From contig JBDRRP010000108.1 of NCBI GenBank assembly GCA_043825735.1, forward strand, positions 1 through 64,000: a stretch of DNA of 64,000 bases, given 5' to 3'. Below, one piece after another: positions 28,232 to 38,383 of the stretch. Both the position numbers and the translations under genes were made by a program. The notes beneath the pieces were generated by a model that was not told where the DNA came from, did not search any database, and worked only from the letters and a program-made list of their open reading frames with translations. Origin of the DNA: Pseudomonadota bacterium (GTDB lineage: Bacteria; Desulfobacterota; Desulfobacteria; Desulfobacterales; JBDRRP01). Each line of letters starts with the position of its first letter. The stretch's first letter is position 1.

Positions 28232-29287
28232 CTACTGAGAGGTCTTTTGAGTTTTTCTCGAAAAAGCCAGGCCGTTGTTGGGAGCCGTTTCCAGAAATGC
28301 TCGTCGGGACTCGGCTTCGAGTTGGGCTTCAAGCCCCCGGTATCTGGGGGAGAAATGGAAAATAGTGAAATCGGCGGCGCCGGCCATGGCAGCCAGGGTT
28401 CCGGCCTGCCAGGCCGTTAAATGGCATTTCGCGGTGGCGTGCGTCTCGTGGACAGCCAGAAACGGCGCCTCGATAAACAGGTGGTCTGCGCCCTGGGCCA
28501 GCCGGACGATTTTTCTGATGTTCTCCGGTGAATAGGAGGCATCTGTAATGTAGGCGTAGGTTTTACCGCGTTTGCGCGTGACTAACGCACGGGCAAGGGC
28601 GGCGGCGGGCACGGATCGCTGCTGGCCGGAACGCGTGGTGGCCGTCACGCGGGCCGTCTCCGGAATGGGCGCCGTGGCCGCCAGGGATTTGAGCTCGGAA
28701 AGCCACGGGCCAATGGCAAATCCCTCCCGCCTCAGGGCCTCAGTGTCAACGTTCAGGTGGTCGCGTGCCGCCAGACGGAAGCCGAGGCAGGGGGTGCGGT
28801 GGTCCAGAATCTCGGTGGAAACCCGCCAACAACCGTCGTCCATGATCACGGCCGCCGGGGACTTTTGTTCAGGCGCCAGAACCGGCAGAAATCCGCTGCG
28901 ACACTCAAACCGTTGTTGCAGAAGATGCCCGGGGCGAACCTCTGTTACAATCACCACGGGCGACTGCGCACGCCCTTCGACAAGGTTCCATGTATAGGCC
29001 GACATGCGGCTGCCCACGTGGAAAATGATCCCTTCAGGGCCATAGACCTGCAGCGTCACTGGTTTCCCCAGGATCTCTCGCACCAGTCGATCGAATCCCA
29101 CGACGTGATCCATGTGGGTGTGGGATATGAACAGGTGCGAGACGCGGGCCAGGTCGGCGCCCGACAAACCGCCGGACTCTCCGATATCGAAGAGCAGGGC
29201 GCCGCGTCGACGCCCGACGTCGACATAGAGGCCTGGATCGGAAAAAGGCGGATTGGTCAACCGGGGATGAACATGATGGCGCATCAC
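28232..29287 (-). CDS. Ribonuclease Z-like metallo-beta-lactamase-fold protein
   Basis: LLFDIG, SHTHMDH, YGPEG, YITD, LFIEA, HLTA, FHFSPRY. Confidence 0.82.
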   Translation of the reverse strand: MMRHHVHPRLTNPPFSDPGLYVDVGRRRGALLFDIGESGGLSGADLARVSHLFISHTHMDHVVGFDRLVREILGKPVTLQVYGPEGIIFHVGSRMSAYTWNLVEGRAQSPVVIVTEVRPGHLLQQRFECRSGFLPVLAPEQKSPAAVIMDDGCWRVSTEILDHRTPCLGFRLAARDHLNVDTEALRREGFAIGPWLSELKSLAATAPIPETARVTATTRSGQQRSVPAAALARALVTRKRGKTYAYITDASYSPENIRKIVRLAQGADHLFIEAPFLAVHETHATAKCHLTAWQAGTLAAMAGAADFTIFHFSPRYRGLEAQLEAESRRAFLETAPNNGLAFSRKTQKTSQ

Positions 29288-29706
29288 GCCTGGATGTGCT
29301 TAGCCACCTGTTGGTGAATGCAGAGGTAGATCTCTTCGTCGGAGCCGAAAATGTCCACGACCACCCGGTGATTGATCAGGGTTTCTATCACGTAGGCGGT
29401 GACATAGAGGCTCACCACGTGAGGGTTCGGAACGAGGTTCCTGAACGCAGCGTTCTGATAATCAATATCGAAGTCGTCGGCCCGGCTCAGGGTTTCAAGA
29501 CAGCTGAGAATCTGCTCTTGCAACACGTTCTTGTTGGTGGTCTCCACGAGCTTGGATTCTACCAGTTTCATTGCAATGTTGTTGGACAACGGGTCGGCGC
29601 AATCGCGGAGACTCGACACTGCCTTTCGCCGGGCATATTCCTTAGAGGATTCGATTTTGTTGAGAATACTTGATTCCCGGGTACTGGGGCGAAATACCTT
29701 GGCCAT
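29284..29706 (-). CDS. Conserved hypothetical helical protein
   Basis: 140-aa ORF with GGAGG RBS, overlapping the downstream gene by 4 nt. Confidence 0.75.
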   Translation of the reverse strand: MAKVFRPSTRESSILNKIESSKEYARRKAVSSLRDCADPLSNNIAMKLVESKLVETTNKNVLQEQILSCLETLSRADDFDIDYQNAAFRNLVPNPHVVSLYVTAYVIETLINHRVVVDIFGSDEEIYLCIHQQVAKHIQA

Positions 29707-29844
29707 TCGCGATCACCTCCACACCTATCTGATTTGTGCCAAAACGCGTCGGCACTATAAATACATGCCGTTGTGAATGCAAGCGAAATGTGTGCCGAAG
29801 CCGGGAATGGGCACGGTTTCTGGCGCCGGCGATCCCTGGTTGTT

Positions 29845-31569
29845 TCAGGCCCTATCGCAGATGGATACCACCAGCAACTGGAGGGTCCGGCGTCCGTTCC
29901 AGTAGTTCCAGCGAATGTGGTAGGAGAGGGTGTCCAGCGTGTCACCCGATGAGGGCGTCCAGGGGGCGTTGAAATAGACGGCGCTCAGACGGGGTGCCGT
30001 GTCGCGACCGCGGGGAGCCACAATCAGGCGACAGTGACTGCCGCCCATCGCTTTGACTGAAACAATGGTCACGTGCCGGCTCAGAAACACCGGTTCGGGA
30101 TTTCCCGAACCGAACGGTTCGAGTGTCAGCAGCTGGTCTGCCAGCTCCGGGGTGACGGCCGACAGGGGCAGTTCCAGGTCGGCAGCGATCGGCGGCGACG
30201 GGCACTGCGTCGCCAGCTGCACGGCGACCGCATCGTTGAAACGCGCTGCAAAATCAGCCATTTGTCGGTCGGTAAGTGTCAGGCCTGCCGCTGCCGAATG
30301 GCCGCCGTAAGCATGGATGCCTTCGCTACAGCGGTTAAGACATGCCATAATGTCGATGCCTTCGGGACTTCGTCCAGAGCCTTTCCAGTGATCGCCGTTT
30401 CGGGTAAAGAGTATCGCCGGACAGCCGTGCTGGCTGCTGAGCCGAGAGGCCACGATACCCAGCACCCCCAAATGCCATTGGGCGTCGGCCAGTACGATCG
30501 CCGCAGGTGGTGGATCGCCGACTGCGGCGGCGAGTGCGGTGGCGGCTGCTTGGAGAATCTGGTGCTCCAGATCTTTTCGTCTCGCGTTGAGATCCAAAAG
30601 GTGGCGAGCCGATTCCTCGGCGGTTTCAGGATCCCGGCTGAGTAACAGCTGCAGGGCACGATCAGCATGGCGCAGCCTTCCTGCCGCGTTGATGGGGGGA
30701 GCCAAGCGAAAAGTGACATCATCGCTGGACAGGTTTTGTGATCCCCCGCTGCCAGTGAGGGCCGCCAGCCCGGGACGCAGGCCTGCACGCATGAGTTGCA
30801 GCCCTCGGCGTACCAGAATCCGGTTTTCAAGAATCAACGGGACCACATCGGCCAGGGTGCCCAACGCCACGAGGTCGATATAGGCCATCATATTGGGTTC
30901 AGGGCGTCGGGCTGACCAATAACCAGCGATGCGCAGGCCGGATCTCACGGCGATGGCCAGATAAAATGCCACGCCCACCCCTGCCAGGTGGTCGACGCCG
31001 GCAGTGCAACGGGGCTGTTTCGGATTGATGACCGCCACCGCTGGGGGAACGGTGGGACCGACATCGTGGTGATCGGTGATAATGACGTCGATGCCGCGTT
31101 GGGCTGCCGCCGTGACTGCGTCGTGGCTTGAGATGCCGCAATCCACGGTGACGATGAGCCGGGTCCCTTCGGGAACCGTATTATCATTTAAGCTGTCCGG
31201 GTGAAACCCATAGCCGTCGGTGATGCGGTGAGGGATGTGGCTGGATACAAGCGCCCCGCAGTCTCTGAGAAATTCCACCATGAGACAGGTGGCCGACACG
31301 CCGTCGGCATCATAGTCCCCGAAGACCAGAATCGGTTCCCGGTGGTGGATCGCGGCGACGATGCGCGCCACCGCAGCGCCCATTCCATAAAGGTGCATAG
31401 GGTCGCGCAAGACGTCCAGCGGGCATTCCAGATAGACGCGCCCCTTTTCGGGGGTGTCGATTCCGCGGCGCACCAGAATGGTGGCGATGATCGCGGAGCA
31501 GTTCAGCGCCTGCTGTAAATGTGTGGCAGTATCTGCAGCGATATCGGAAATGGGGTGAACGAGTGTCAT
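29845..31569 (-). CDS. recJ: ssDNA 5'-3' exonuclease RecJ
   Basis: GDYDADG, TVDCG, TDHH, GTLADVVPL, INAAGRL, GSGRS, GGHSAAAG, EPFGSGNPEP. Confidence 0.95.
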   Translation of the reverse strand: MTLVHPISDIAADTATHLQQALNCSAIIATILVRRGIDTPEKGRVYLECPLDVLRDPMHLYGMGAAVARIVAAIHHREPILVFGDYDADGVSATCLMVEFLRDCGALVSSHIPHRITDGYGFHPDSLNDNTVPEGTRLIVTVDCGISSHDAVTAAAQRGIDVIITDHHDVGPTVPPAVAVINPKQPRCTAGVDHLAGVGVAFYLAIAVRSGLRIAGYWSARRPEPNMMAYIDLVALGTLADVVPLILENRILVRRGLQLMRAGLRPGLAALTGSGGSQNLSSDDVTFRLAPPINAAGRLRHADRALQLLLSRDPETAEESARHLLDLNARRKDLEHQILQAAATALAAAVGDPPPAAIVLADAQWHLGVLGIVASRLSSQHGCPAILFTRNGDHWKGSGRSPEGIDIMACLNRCSEGIHAYGGHSAAAGLTLTDRQMADFAARFNDAVAVQLATQCPSPPIAADLELPLSAVTPELADQLLTLEPFGSGNPEPVFLSRHVTIVSVKAMGGSHCRLIVAPRGRDTAPRLSAVYFNAPWTPSSGDTLDTLSYHIRWNYWNGRRTLQLLVVSICDRA

Positions 31570-31663
31570 GTCGGGAAGGTATACGCCATCAGCGCAGGGT
31601 TCTCAACAGCGCTTGTTCGAAAAAGGGCGTTCGGGACCTCGTCATGCAACTGCCGGCGTCGAC

Positions 31664-31692
31664 TTGTGCAATGTTCCCCCCGGTGTTATGAT
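31664..31692 (+). promoter_or_regulatory. Putative sigma70 promoter (TTGTGC-17-TATGAT, extended -10 TG)
   Basis: TTGTGC 31664-69, 17-nt spacer, TGtTATGAT ending 31692. Upstream of the DUF4911-miaB unit. Confidence 0.5.
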
Positions 31693-31822
31693 TAGCCCAA
31701 TTCAGCGATCTCTTGCCATAGCACAAAAAACGAAACAGTCAGCCAGTCCTCGGCACTTGGTGCCGATTCGTTTTTTGACCCAATTTAACGCGCGAGATGG
31801 ACATCGGAGACACCGTGCACGT

Positions 31823-32056
31823 ATGATGGAAAACAGATATTATCGCGTCAATCGCAGTGACATCTGCTTCATCAAATACCTTCTTGAATCCTACGAAGGC
31901 GTAGCGACGGTATCTACCCTGAACGCCGCTGAAGGCACTATCGTGGTGCGTATCGCCCCCGGTTGCGCGGAAACGGTGACTGCCGTTATGGTGTCGCTGG
32001 CCGCCGAGCTGTATTTTGAACCCCTTGCAATGGTAGCAGAGACTGGGCAGATCTGA
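31823..32056 (+). CDS. Small DUF4911-like protein
   Basis: YYRVNRSDICFIKYLLESYEGVATVSTL motif. GGAG RBS. Precedes miaB. Confidence 0.75.
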   Translation: MMENRYYRVNRSDICFIKYLLESYEGVATVSTLNAAEGTIVVRIAPGCAETVTAVMVSLAAELYFEPLAMVAETGQI

Positions 32057-32109
32057 TTTTCGCCGCCGGCGGACGGATACCGGTTTCAGTTTCATGATGT
32101 GACGGTGAC

Positions 32110-33519
32110 ATGAGCAAACGACTCTTTATTCATACCATCGGCTGTCAGATGAATGTCTACGACACCGAAAAAATGGCTGCCGTACTCTGGCCTCTGGGCT
32201 ATCACCTCTCCGATAGTGCCGCCGATGCGGATATGGTGGTGGTCAACACCTGTGCCATTCGGGAAAAGGCCGAACAAAAAGTGTTCAGCTATCTCGGGCG
32301 GCTGGCAGAGCACAAGCGCCTGCGGCCCGATATGATCGTCGCCGTGGGCGGGTGCGTGGCCCAGCAGGAAGGGGCGCGAATCCTAAAACGCGTACCGGCG
32401 GTGGATCTGGTTTTCGGCACCCACGCCATTGGCCGCCTGCCGGAACTGGTGGAACGGGTTCTAAAGGGGGCGCGGCTGGTGGATACCCACCAGGGCGAGC
32501 GCATCGAAGAGCTTTGGCCGGCTCCAGATGCACCTGTAGGCCACGGGATCAGCCGGTTCATCACCATCATGCATGGTTGCGATAACTATTGCACCTATTG
32601 CGTGGTTCCCTATGTGCGGGGCAGGGAAAGCAGCCGGACCCCCGACGCCATCCTGGCCGAAATTCATTCCGTCGTGGACATGGGCGCCAGGGAGGTGACC
32701 CTTCTGGGCCAGAACGTCAACAGCTACGGCATCAAGGAAGGCATGGCCTCCTTTGCCCAACTACTGGAGATGGCCAGCGCGGTTCCGGATCTCTTGAGGA
32801 TCCGGTTTACCACTTCGCATCCCAAGGATCTTTCAGACGAGCTGGTATCGGCCTTCGCTCGCGTGTCAAAACTTTGCGCCCACATTCATCTGCCGGTCCA
32901 GTCCGGGGCTGACCGGATTTTACACCGGATGAATCGTCGCTACACCCGGGAGCACTATCTCGAAAAAATTGCGCTGCTTCGTGAAAGCGATCCTAAAATA
33001 GCCATTTCAACCGACATCATCGTCGGTTTTCCCGGTGAGACAGACACCGATTTCGCCGATACCCTGTCACTGATATCCGAGGCATCGTTTGACGGGCTCT
33101 TTGCCTTTCAATATTCTGATCGCCCCAGCGCCCCGGCCTCTCGCTTCGGGACCAAGGTGCCAGCGGCAGTGAAAAAAGAACGCCTCCAGGCGGTGCTCAA
33201 TCTGCAGGAAGCCCAGACCCTCGGGAAAAACCAGGCACTGGAGGGAACCATTCAGGAAATTCTGGTTGAAGGGCGAAGCCGCGCCATTGTGGGAAGTGAA
33301 AAGACCGTGGACACGGGAGCTGCGTCCTTGTGGACGGGCCGCACCGGTACCAACCGTATCGTTCATTTCGATGCTGGTGACCATGGCGCAACCCTGCGGC
33401 CGGGAGTGCTGGTTTCCGTATGTATTGAAAACGGGTTTTCACATTCTCTCCGGGGGCGACTCGTGCGGCCTGAAAAAACCGTTGTGACAAAAAAAGGAGT
33501 TGAGCAACATGCTGCATAA
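32110..33519 (+). CDS. miaB: tRNA-i6A37 methylthiotransferase MiaB
   Basis: GCQMN, NTCAIREKAE, GGCVAQ, GCDNYCTYCVVPYVRG, LGQNVN, TTSHP, C-terminal TRAM. Confidence 0.96.
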   Translation: MSKRLFIHTIGCQMNVYDTEKMAAVLWPLGYHLSDSAADADMVVVNTCAIREKAEQKVFSYLGRLAEHKRLRPDMIVAVGGCVAQQEGARILKRVPAVDLVFGTHAIGRLPELVERVLKGARLVDTHQGERIEELWPAPDAPVGHGISRFITIMHGCDNYCTYCVVPYVRGRESSRTPDAILAEIHSVVDMGAREVTLLGQNVNSYGIKEGMASFAQLLEMASAVPDLLRIRFTTSHPKDLSDELVSAFARVSKLCAHIHLPVQSGADRILHRMNRRYTREHYLEKIALLRESDPKIAISTDIIVGFPGETDTDFADTLSLISEASFDGLFAFQYSDRPSAPASRFGTKVPAAVKKERLQAVLNLQEAQTLGKNQALEGTIQEILVEGRSRAIVGSEKTVDTGAASLWTGRTGTNRIVHFDAGDHGATLRPGVLVSVCIENGFSHSLRGRLVRPEKTVVTKKGVEQHAA

Positions 33520-34006
33520 AGCAAGCATCGCCGGTCTGGCCATGGATCCGGACTCCAATACCCCCATCGTCCTTTTGAAAACAGATGACGGCGATACCGT
33601 GGTCCCCATCTGGATCGGTCTGCTTGAAGCGACCGCCATTGCTTCGGCCATGAAGAATATCGCCTTCGACAGACCCATGACGCACGATTTATTTAAAAAT
33701 TTCGCTGGACTGTTTCAAATCAACATCTCGAAAATCGAGGTCTGCGACATCCGGGACAACACCTACTATGCCCTGATTCATTTCCATGCGGAGACGGGCG
33801 CTTTCACCATGGACGCCCGCCCCAGCGATGCCATTGCGCTGGCGCTGCGCTTTGACGCGCCCATTTTCATCGACCAGCAGGTTATCGATAAATCGGCTCG
33901 AAAGACAAGTGACGGAGAGCCTCTTGATGAGAGTGAAGAAGGGCGCAAATGGGCGGACTATCTGAAGAACCTCTCCCCTGAAGAATTCGGAAAATACAAG
34001 GTGTGA
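33509..34006 (+). CDS. Bifunctional nuclease family protein (DUF151)
   Basis: PIWIG..EA.AI, RPMTHDL, DARPSDAIALA. AGGAG RBS. Confidence 0.9.
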   Translation: MLHKASIAGLAMDPDSNTPIVLLKTDDGDTVVPIWIGLLEATAIASAMKNIAFDRPMTHDLFKNFAGLFQINISKIEVCDIRDNTYYALIHFHAETGAFTMDARPSDAIALALRFDAPIFIDQQVIDKSARKTSDGEPLDESEEGRKWADYLKNLSPEEFGKYKV

Positions 34007-34057
34007 TAATTTGCCTTGGGAACCCTGGGCTTGGCGCAGGGTTCCCAAGGCAAATTA
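34007..34057. terminator. Perfect 21-bp inverted repeat between convergent genes (bidirectional terminator/REP-like)
   Basis: TAATTTGCCTTGGGAACCCTG / 9-nt loop / CAGGGTTCCCAAGGCAAATTA. Confidence 0.7.
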
Positions 34058-35254
34058 AATTGTAAATACGCCGTTTTCGTAGATGGTTTGCCTTCCGCCT
34101 CCGGACAAGTGGGCCACGACCCGTTTTTTTTCTGTGTTGACAAGATCCCAATGCAGGGCCGAGTCGTTGAAGCCCAGGGCGGTTTTTCTGGCCTTGGTCA
34201 ACGTTTTCGAGTCTCCGGTGTAGGCATCCGAATAGGCCGCACCCAACGCCACGTGACAATTGCCGTAACGGCCGCCGTAGTTTTCATCGTAGAGGGTGTT
34301 GGCCATAAATTCATCGATGCGTGAAAACCGACGGTCGGTGAGTGAAAACTCACCCAATCGACGGGCTCCGGAATCCATGGCCAGTTGCCGGCGAACAAAA
34401 TCCTCACCCTCTTCGGCGGAAATATTCACGGCATTGCCGTTGCGAAATTCCAGACGGACGCCGCGCACGCGATTGCCGCTTCGAAACGACGGCTGGTCTG
34501 CGGTGTACACCCCCCGGGTCCCCCGCCAATCCGGCGAGATAAAGACTTCAAAGCTGGGAATGTTGCGGCCGGAGACGCCAAGCCACCGGCGCGATGCACC
34601 GGGCACGACTTCCAGATCGATGTGGGCAGAGGCGATGTGGAAAAACCTCACCGGCAGTCTGTCCAGGCTGCGTTTGATGCGATAAACTTGGCGGTGGACC
34701 TGTCGCCAGTGGGCCACCGGGTCGGAGCGATTGAGAAAACAGGCACGGATCACCTGCCTTGCGTAGTGTTCCCGGGAAAGTCCGGCGGTTTCGGCCAACA
34801 CAGGCGTGGGGTATGAGCATAGGGTCCAGCTGAAAAGGCCGGCTTCCTCGCGTGCGGTGAGTATGTCGCGGTAGGCTTTGCGGGCAACCATCACCCGTGC
34901 GATGCGACGCGGGTCAACATTTTTCAGGTGGGTGATGGATTCGGGAGCGTGAACGAAGATGCTGCCGTTGAGCGCTTTGAAGCACTCACGGTCGCCCGGC
35001 GCGTGAAAGATGCGTTGCCGGACGCTGGAGCGGGTATAGAAGTCGTTCTCCATGGTCGACGTGGGTTCCACACGGACGATGGGGTGCATTCCCATTTCCA
35101 GCAGTCTGGCATAGAGGATTTCCACTAGTGCGATGGCTGGCAGATGACCGCGGACGAGAAAAATCTCGCCTTTTTTCATCCTGCCTTTCCGGGAGGTACT
35201 CAGGCCCCAGAGCAAAACGTCCGCATAGCGTTCCAAGTGCCGATATTCCAGCAT
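34055..35254 (-). CDS. Aminopeptidase (M29, thermophilic metalloprotease family)
   Basis: RNIPSFEVF, LGEFSL, TLYDEN, HVALG.AY, NDSALHWDLV. Confidence 0.88.
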   Translation of the reverse strand: MLEYRHLERYADVLLWGLSTSRKGRMKKGEIFLVRGHLPAIALVEILYARLLEMGMHPIVRVEPTSTMENDFYTRSSVRQRIFHAPGDRECFKALNGSIFVHAPESITHLKNVDPRRIARVMVARKAYRDILTAREEAGLFSWTLCSYPTPVLAETAGLSREHYARQVIRACFLNRSDPVAHWRQVHRQVYRIKRSLDRLPVRFFHIASAHIDLEVVPGASRRWLGVSGRNIPSFEVFISPDWRGTRGVYTADQPSFRSGNRVRGVRLEFRNGNAVNISAEEGEDFVRRQLAMDSGARRLGEFSLTDRRFSRIDEFMANTLYDENYGGRYGNCHVALGAAYSDAYTGDSKTLTKARKTALGFNDSALHWDLVNTEKKRVVAHLSGGGRQTIYENGVFTI

Positions 35255-35270
35255 GATAGCCGCCCTTTCC

Positions 35271-35528
35271 CTAATGATGGTGGTCATCTTTCAAAAAGAG
35301 TCGGTGATATTCCTCCTCTGTGAAATGGGCCACCATCAATCGGTTGACAAGATCGAAGACTTCGGACAATTCGCCGTCAGTGAGCCGGCCAATAAGGTGC
35401 CGGAGCAGGGTGTCGTCTGAGAATTTCTGCAGGTAGACCATGACGGTCGCCTCATCGGTGGGGCGGTCTGCGCCGAATCCAACCAGCCCGTCATAGTGCT
35501 CGACAAATTCGTGTGAATGGGTGGACAT
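35271..35528 (-). CDS. Small conserved cytoplasmic protein
   Basis: 85-aa helical ORF (YLQKFSDD..EYHRLFLKD), co-oriented with the aminopeptidase. Confidence 0.7.
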   Translation of the reverse strand: MSTHSHEFVEHYDGLVGFGADRPTDEATVMVYLQKFSDDTLLRHLIGRLTDGELSEVFDLVNRLMVAHFTEEEYHRLFLKDDHHH

Positions 35529-35741
35529 GATACGATGTGCCTTTCGCAAGCATTTGGAGTCACCCCGGTGATGGCCTCCGGTTCGGGTACTGTAGCGGAT
35601 ACCGTCTATCCGGTCAACGCGTCCGGCAGTTTACTTTTCCCGCGATTACCGATACATTTGGACTTCCGGTGAGGCGCTCCAAGGCAACGAGGGAGATCCG
35701 CCCGCCGGCCCACCTGTCAACACATTCGGGAGGACGACGGC

Positions 35742-36383
35742 ATGCCGTGGAAAGACTCAAAATCTGAGGTGATACTGGATGAACATGACCCGGCGTTTCG
35801 CAGGCTTGACAAAGGCAGCGGATCCGGATGGGGCGTCATGGGTTATGCCATTTTGGGCGTCGGGATTCTCGTACTCTCGGGAGTGATCCTGTACCTCTTC
35901 CTGGGGCAGTCCATGAGTGAGGACAGCGAGCAGATCCGTATGTTGGCAGAGCGTCTGTCTGGCATCGAAAGCCGGCTCGGTATGTTAGAGACAACCAGCC
36001 GTGGCGATGATGGCGCGGCCCAGCGCAGCAAAAGGGTGGAGCTTTTCATGAGCCGGTTCGAGAACCTAGAAACCACCGTGGCCAAGCGTATGGCCGATAT
36101 GGCTCAGCGCCTGGATGCCCTGGAATCCGGAGCGCGCAACACGCCTTCCCGGTCGCAGCCGGTCACAGTCAACCCGCCACCGGCCAAAAAAGCTGCCGCG
36201 GCTGAAGATCCCCCAGTCGTGGTCAAAGACGATACCCATGTCGTGGTCAAGGGGGATACCCTATACAGCATCAGCCGAAAATACGGGTTGTCGGTCGACG
36301 AACTCCTGACGCTCAACGGGATGCGCAAAGGGGATTTCATTCAACCGGGGCAGTCGTTGCGGGTCTCGGCCGCAGCAAAGTAG
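35742..36383 (+). CDS. Membrane-anchored coiled-coil LysM protein
   Basis: Single TM (ILGVGILVLSGVILYLFL), coiled coil, C-terminal HVVVKGDTLYSISRKYGLSVDEL..LN..IQPGQSL. Confidence 0.88.
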   Translation: MPWKDSKSEVILDEHDPAFRRLDKGSGSGWGVMGYAILGVGILVLSGVILYLFLGQSMSEDSEQIRMLAERLSGIESRLGMLETTSRGDDGAAQRSKRVELFMSRFENLETTVAKRMADMAQRLDALESGARNTPSRSQPVTVNPPPAKKAAAAEDPPVVVKDDTHVVVKGDTLYSISRKYGLSVDELLTLNGMRKGDFIQPGQSLRVSAAAK

Positions 36384-37177
36384 TGTCCATCCATGAGTTC
36401 CCGGATGGATGCCATATAGGGCTCGAACCCGACAGCCATGATATTGTTGTGATCGGCGTGGGGAATTTTCAGAAGCCGTTTGTTTTCAATGGGGCATTCG
36501 ATAAAAAGGTTTTCGCCATCAGTGAAAGGGATGATGTGATCGTTTTCAGCGTGAATGACCAGCGTTGGACAGGTCACTTGCCGCATGTTCTCGATGTTTT
36601 GCAGCATGGGTTGGCTCGTCAGTCCCAGTGCTTCAATATTTACCCCTAAAAGCCGCAGCAACGGCTCAGTGTGCGCAAATCCGCTTTCGATGATCAATCC
36701 GGCCACGGCCTTGGGATACGCTGCGGCCAGCGCCACTGCCGACGCGCTGCCCAATGAGCGCCCCATTACGATGACCGGGCCCCAATAGCCGTTTTCCTTG
36801 AGCCATTGCCTGAGATGATCGAAGATGCGGTGGCAGTCACGCATCATGTGCGTTACCGATGGGCTCCCGCTTGAACGTCCGTAACCGCGATAGTCCACCG
36901 GCAGAAAGTTGATGCCCATGGACCGATAGATGGCACCGAGCTCATCATAGTCGCTGACGATTTCACCGTTGCCGTGGAAAAAAAGGATGTTGGGAGCTTC
37001 CGGCGCGGCAGGGTGAAGCCGTGCGCCGATAGTCACAGCCGGGGCCACGGGAATGAAGATATCCCGGGCATCCAGACTGCCCAAGGCCGGTCCCCAGTCG
37101 GGACGGGGATGAAAGAGGAAATTGAGCACTTCAGGGCAGTCTAACGCGGCGTAATCAATGGTGGCCAGATCGATCAT
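36341..37177 (-). CDS. Alpha/beta hydrolase
   Basis: FFHGNGE, DYRGYGRS, GRSLG nucleophile, IHAEND, ADHN. ATG 37177 with GGAG RBS; 43-nt convergent overlap with the LysM gene. Confidence 0.88.
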   Translation of the reverse strand: MIDLATIDYAALDCPEVLNFLFHPRPDWGPALGSLDARDIFIPVAPAVTIGARLHPAAPEAPNILFFHGNGEIVSDYDELGAIYRSMGINFLPVDYRGYGRSSGSPSVTHMMRDCHRIFDHLRQWLKENGYWGPVIVMGRSLGSASAVALAAAYPKAVAGLIIESGFAHTEPLLRLLGVNIEALGLTSQPMLQNIENMRQVTCPTLVIHAENDHIIPFTDGENLFIECPIENKRLLKIPHADHNNIMAVGFEPYMASIRELMDGHYFAAAETRNDCPG

Positions 37178-37281
37178 GTGGATGTACTCCCCAGTTGTTC
37201 CATTCGGACCTATCTCAAAAATTCTTTTCGCTTCTCTATGAAGCTCCAGTAACCCTATGTTGCCGCAAAACGCGCCGTTCC

Positions 37282-37409
37282 TCGAAATCGCTATCGGGAT
37301 CGGTATCGCTATCGGGTGTTGGTGTTGGCAATTATTTTGTCCCTGATCCGCCATTTGCCGCCACCGTGGCAACGGCAACCGCCGATACCGATACCGAAAG
37401 CGATTTCGA
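37282..37409. repeat. Inverted repeat built from (ATCGNN) hexamers
   Basis: TCGAAATCGCTATCGGGATCGGTATCG (37282-37308) is complementary to CGATACCGATACCGAAAGCGATTTCGA (37383-37409) with 2 mismatches. Confidence 0.75.
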
Positions 37410-37465
37410 TGTTCATCTGGCGTTGTCGCGCAAACGGAACGTATTGATGACAATGGCTATAGCCC

Positions 37466-38383
37466 TCAGTAGATGTCACCATACTTTTCCTTAATGATGC
37501 TCACGATGCCGCCGCGTTTGAGGCGTTCGCGATGGTCTGCCGCTTCGGCAACCAGAATTTCCTTGAGGTATCTGCGCTGATTTTCGATGCTCTCCATATA
37601 AAGGTTTCGGTCGATTCCCCAAGACACCGCAAGATGTGACCGGATGAACGCATCCAGCCTGTTTTCCAGAAGCCCGAGGCGCTCCAGGACCGTTTCGTAA
37701 AAGCCCAGGGTTTCCTTCAGCAGGTGGCGTTCGTGCCGGTAGTCCCCGATGCCGGCTTCCTTAAACTCTCGATATAAAAAAAGCAGTTTTTCCAAATAGT
37801 TGCGGTCTGCCATTTGTGAAAGCAGATCAGCGGCACCGGTCAGCCGGCCCAGGAGCTGAAGGCTCGCGTGGCCCAGGTCCACCGATGAGGGGTTGACTGA
37901 CAGATCGGTGAGCATCACCATGCGGCCGACGTCAGCGATGTCATCGACAGTCAACCCGTAGCGGAGACCAACCAGCGAGAAAAAAGTGATGCTGCGCCGA
38001 ACATGGGTCGCGGTGAATTTGGCTCCCGTACCATTGGTATCCGCCGAGGTCTGGATATATCCGGTGTCGTGATACAGGGCGGCCAGGGTGCCCATGAGCA
38101 GCTCTTTTGATGTGAAGCTGACACCGGTGATGGTGGCCCCGTGCATGAGGCGCACCATGGCCAGCGTGGTATCGAGGGTGTGAGACAGGTCGTGATATTC
38201 CGTGTTGCAGGCACGGTAGCCTGGCCATCGGCCGCTGAACAGATCCCGGATATCTTTCAGGGCCTGCCGGCAGATGTCCGATGGGGGCGACGGTATCATG
38301 CGATCCAGAACAGCGCTGATCTCAGTACTGATACGGTCGTGGTCATCGTTTGGAACGAGATCGTATAGACGTTCAATGCGCAT
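37466..38383 (-). CDS. HD-superfamily metal-dependent phosphohydrolase
   Basis: YHDLSHT, ALYHDTGY, HVRRS, AADLL motifs. Confidence 0.8.
   Translation of the reverse strand: MRIERLYDLVPNDDHDRISTEISAVLDRMIPSPPSDICRQALKDIRDLFSGRWPGYRACNTEYHDLSHTLDTTLAMVRLMHGATITGVSFTSKELLMGTLAALYHDTGYIQTSADTNGTGAKFTATHVRRSITFFSLVGLRYGLTVDDIADVGRMVMLTDLSVNPSSVDLGHASLQLLGRLTGAADLLSQMADRNYLEKLLFLYREFKEAGIGDYRHERHLLKETLGFYETVLERLGLLENRLDAFIRSHLAVSWGIDRNLYMESIENQRRYLKEILVAEAADHRERLKRGGIVSIIKEKYGDIY

Noticed and set aside
19606..33519. Concentration of tRNA-related genes (tsaB, ttcA-like, dtd, RNase Z-like, miaB) as a dedicated system
   Set aside because: Spread over several operons in both orientations among ordinary housekeeping genes; no tRNA genes or shared regulatory motif seen.
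31592..34048. 14/15-nt direct repeat (GCGCAGGGTTCTCAA / GCGCAGGGTTCCCAA) flanking DUF4911-miaB-DUF151
   Set aside because: Short, flanks housekeeping genes, no integrase; probably chance or a decayed repeat copy.
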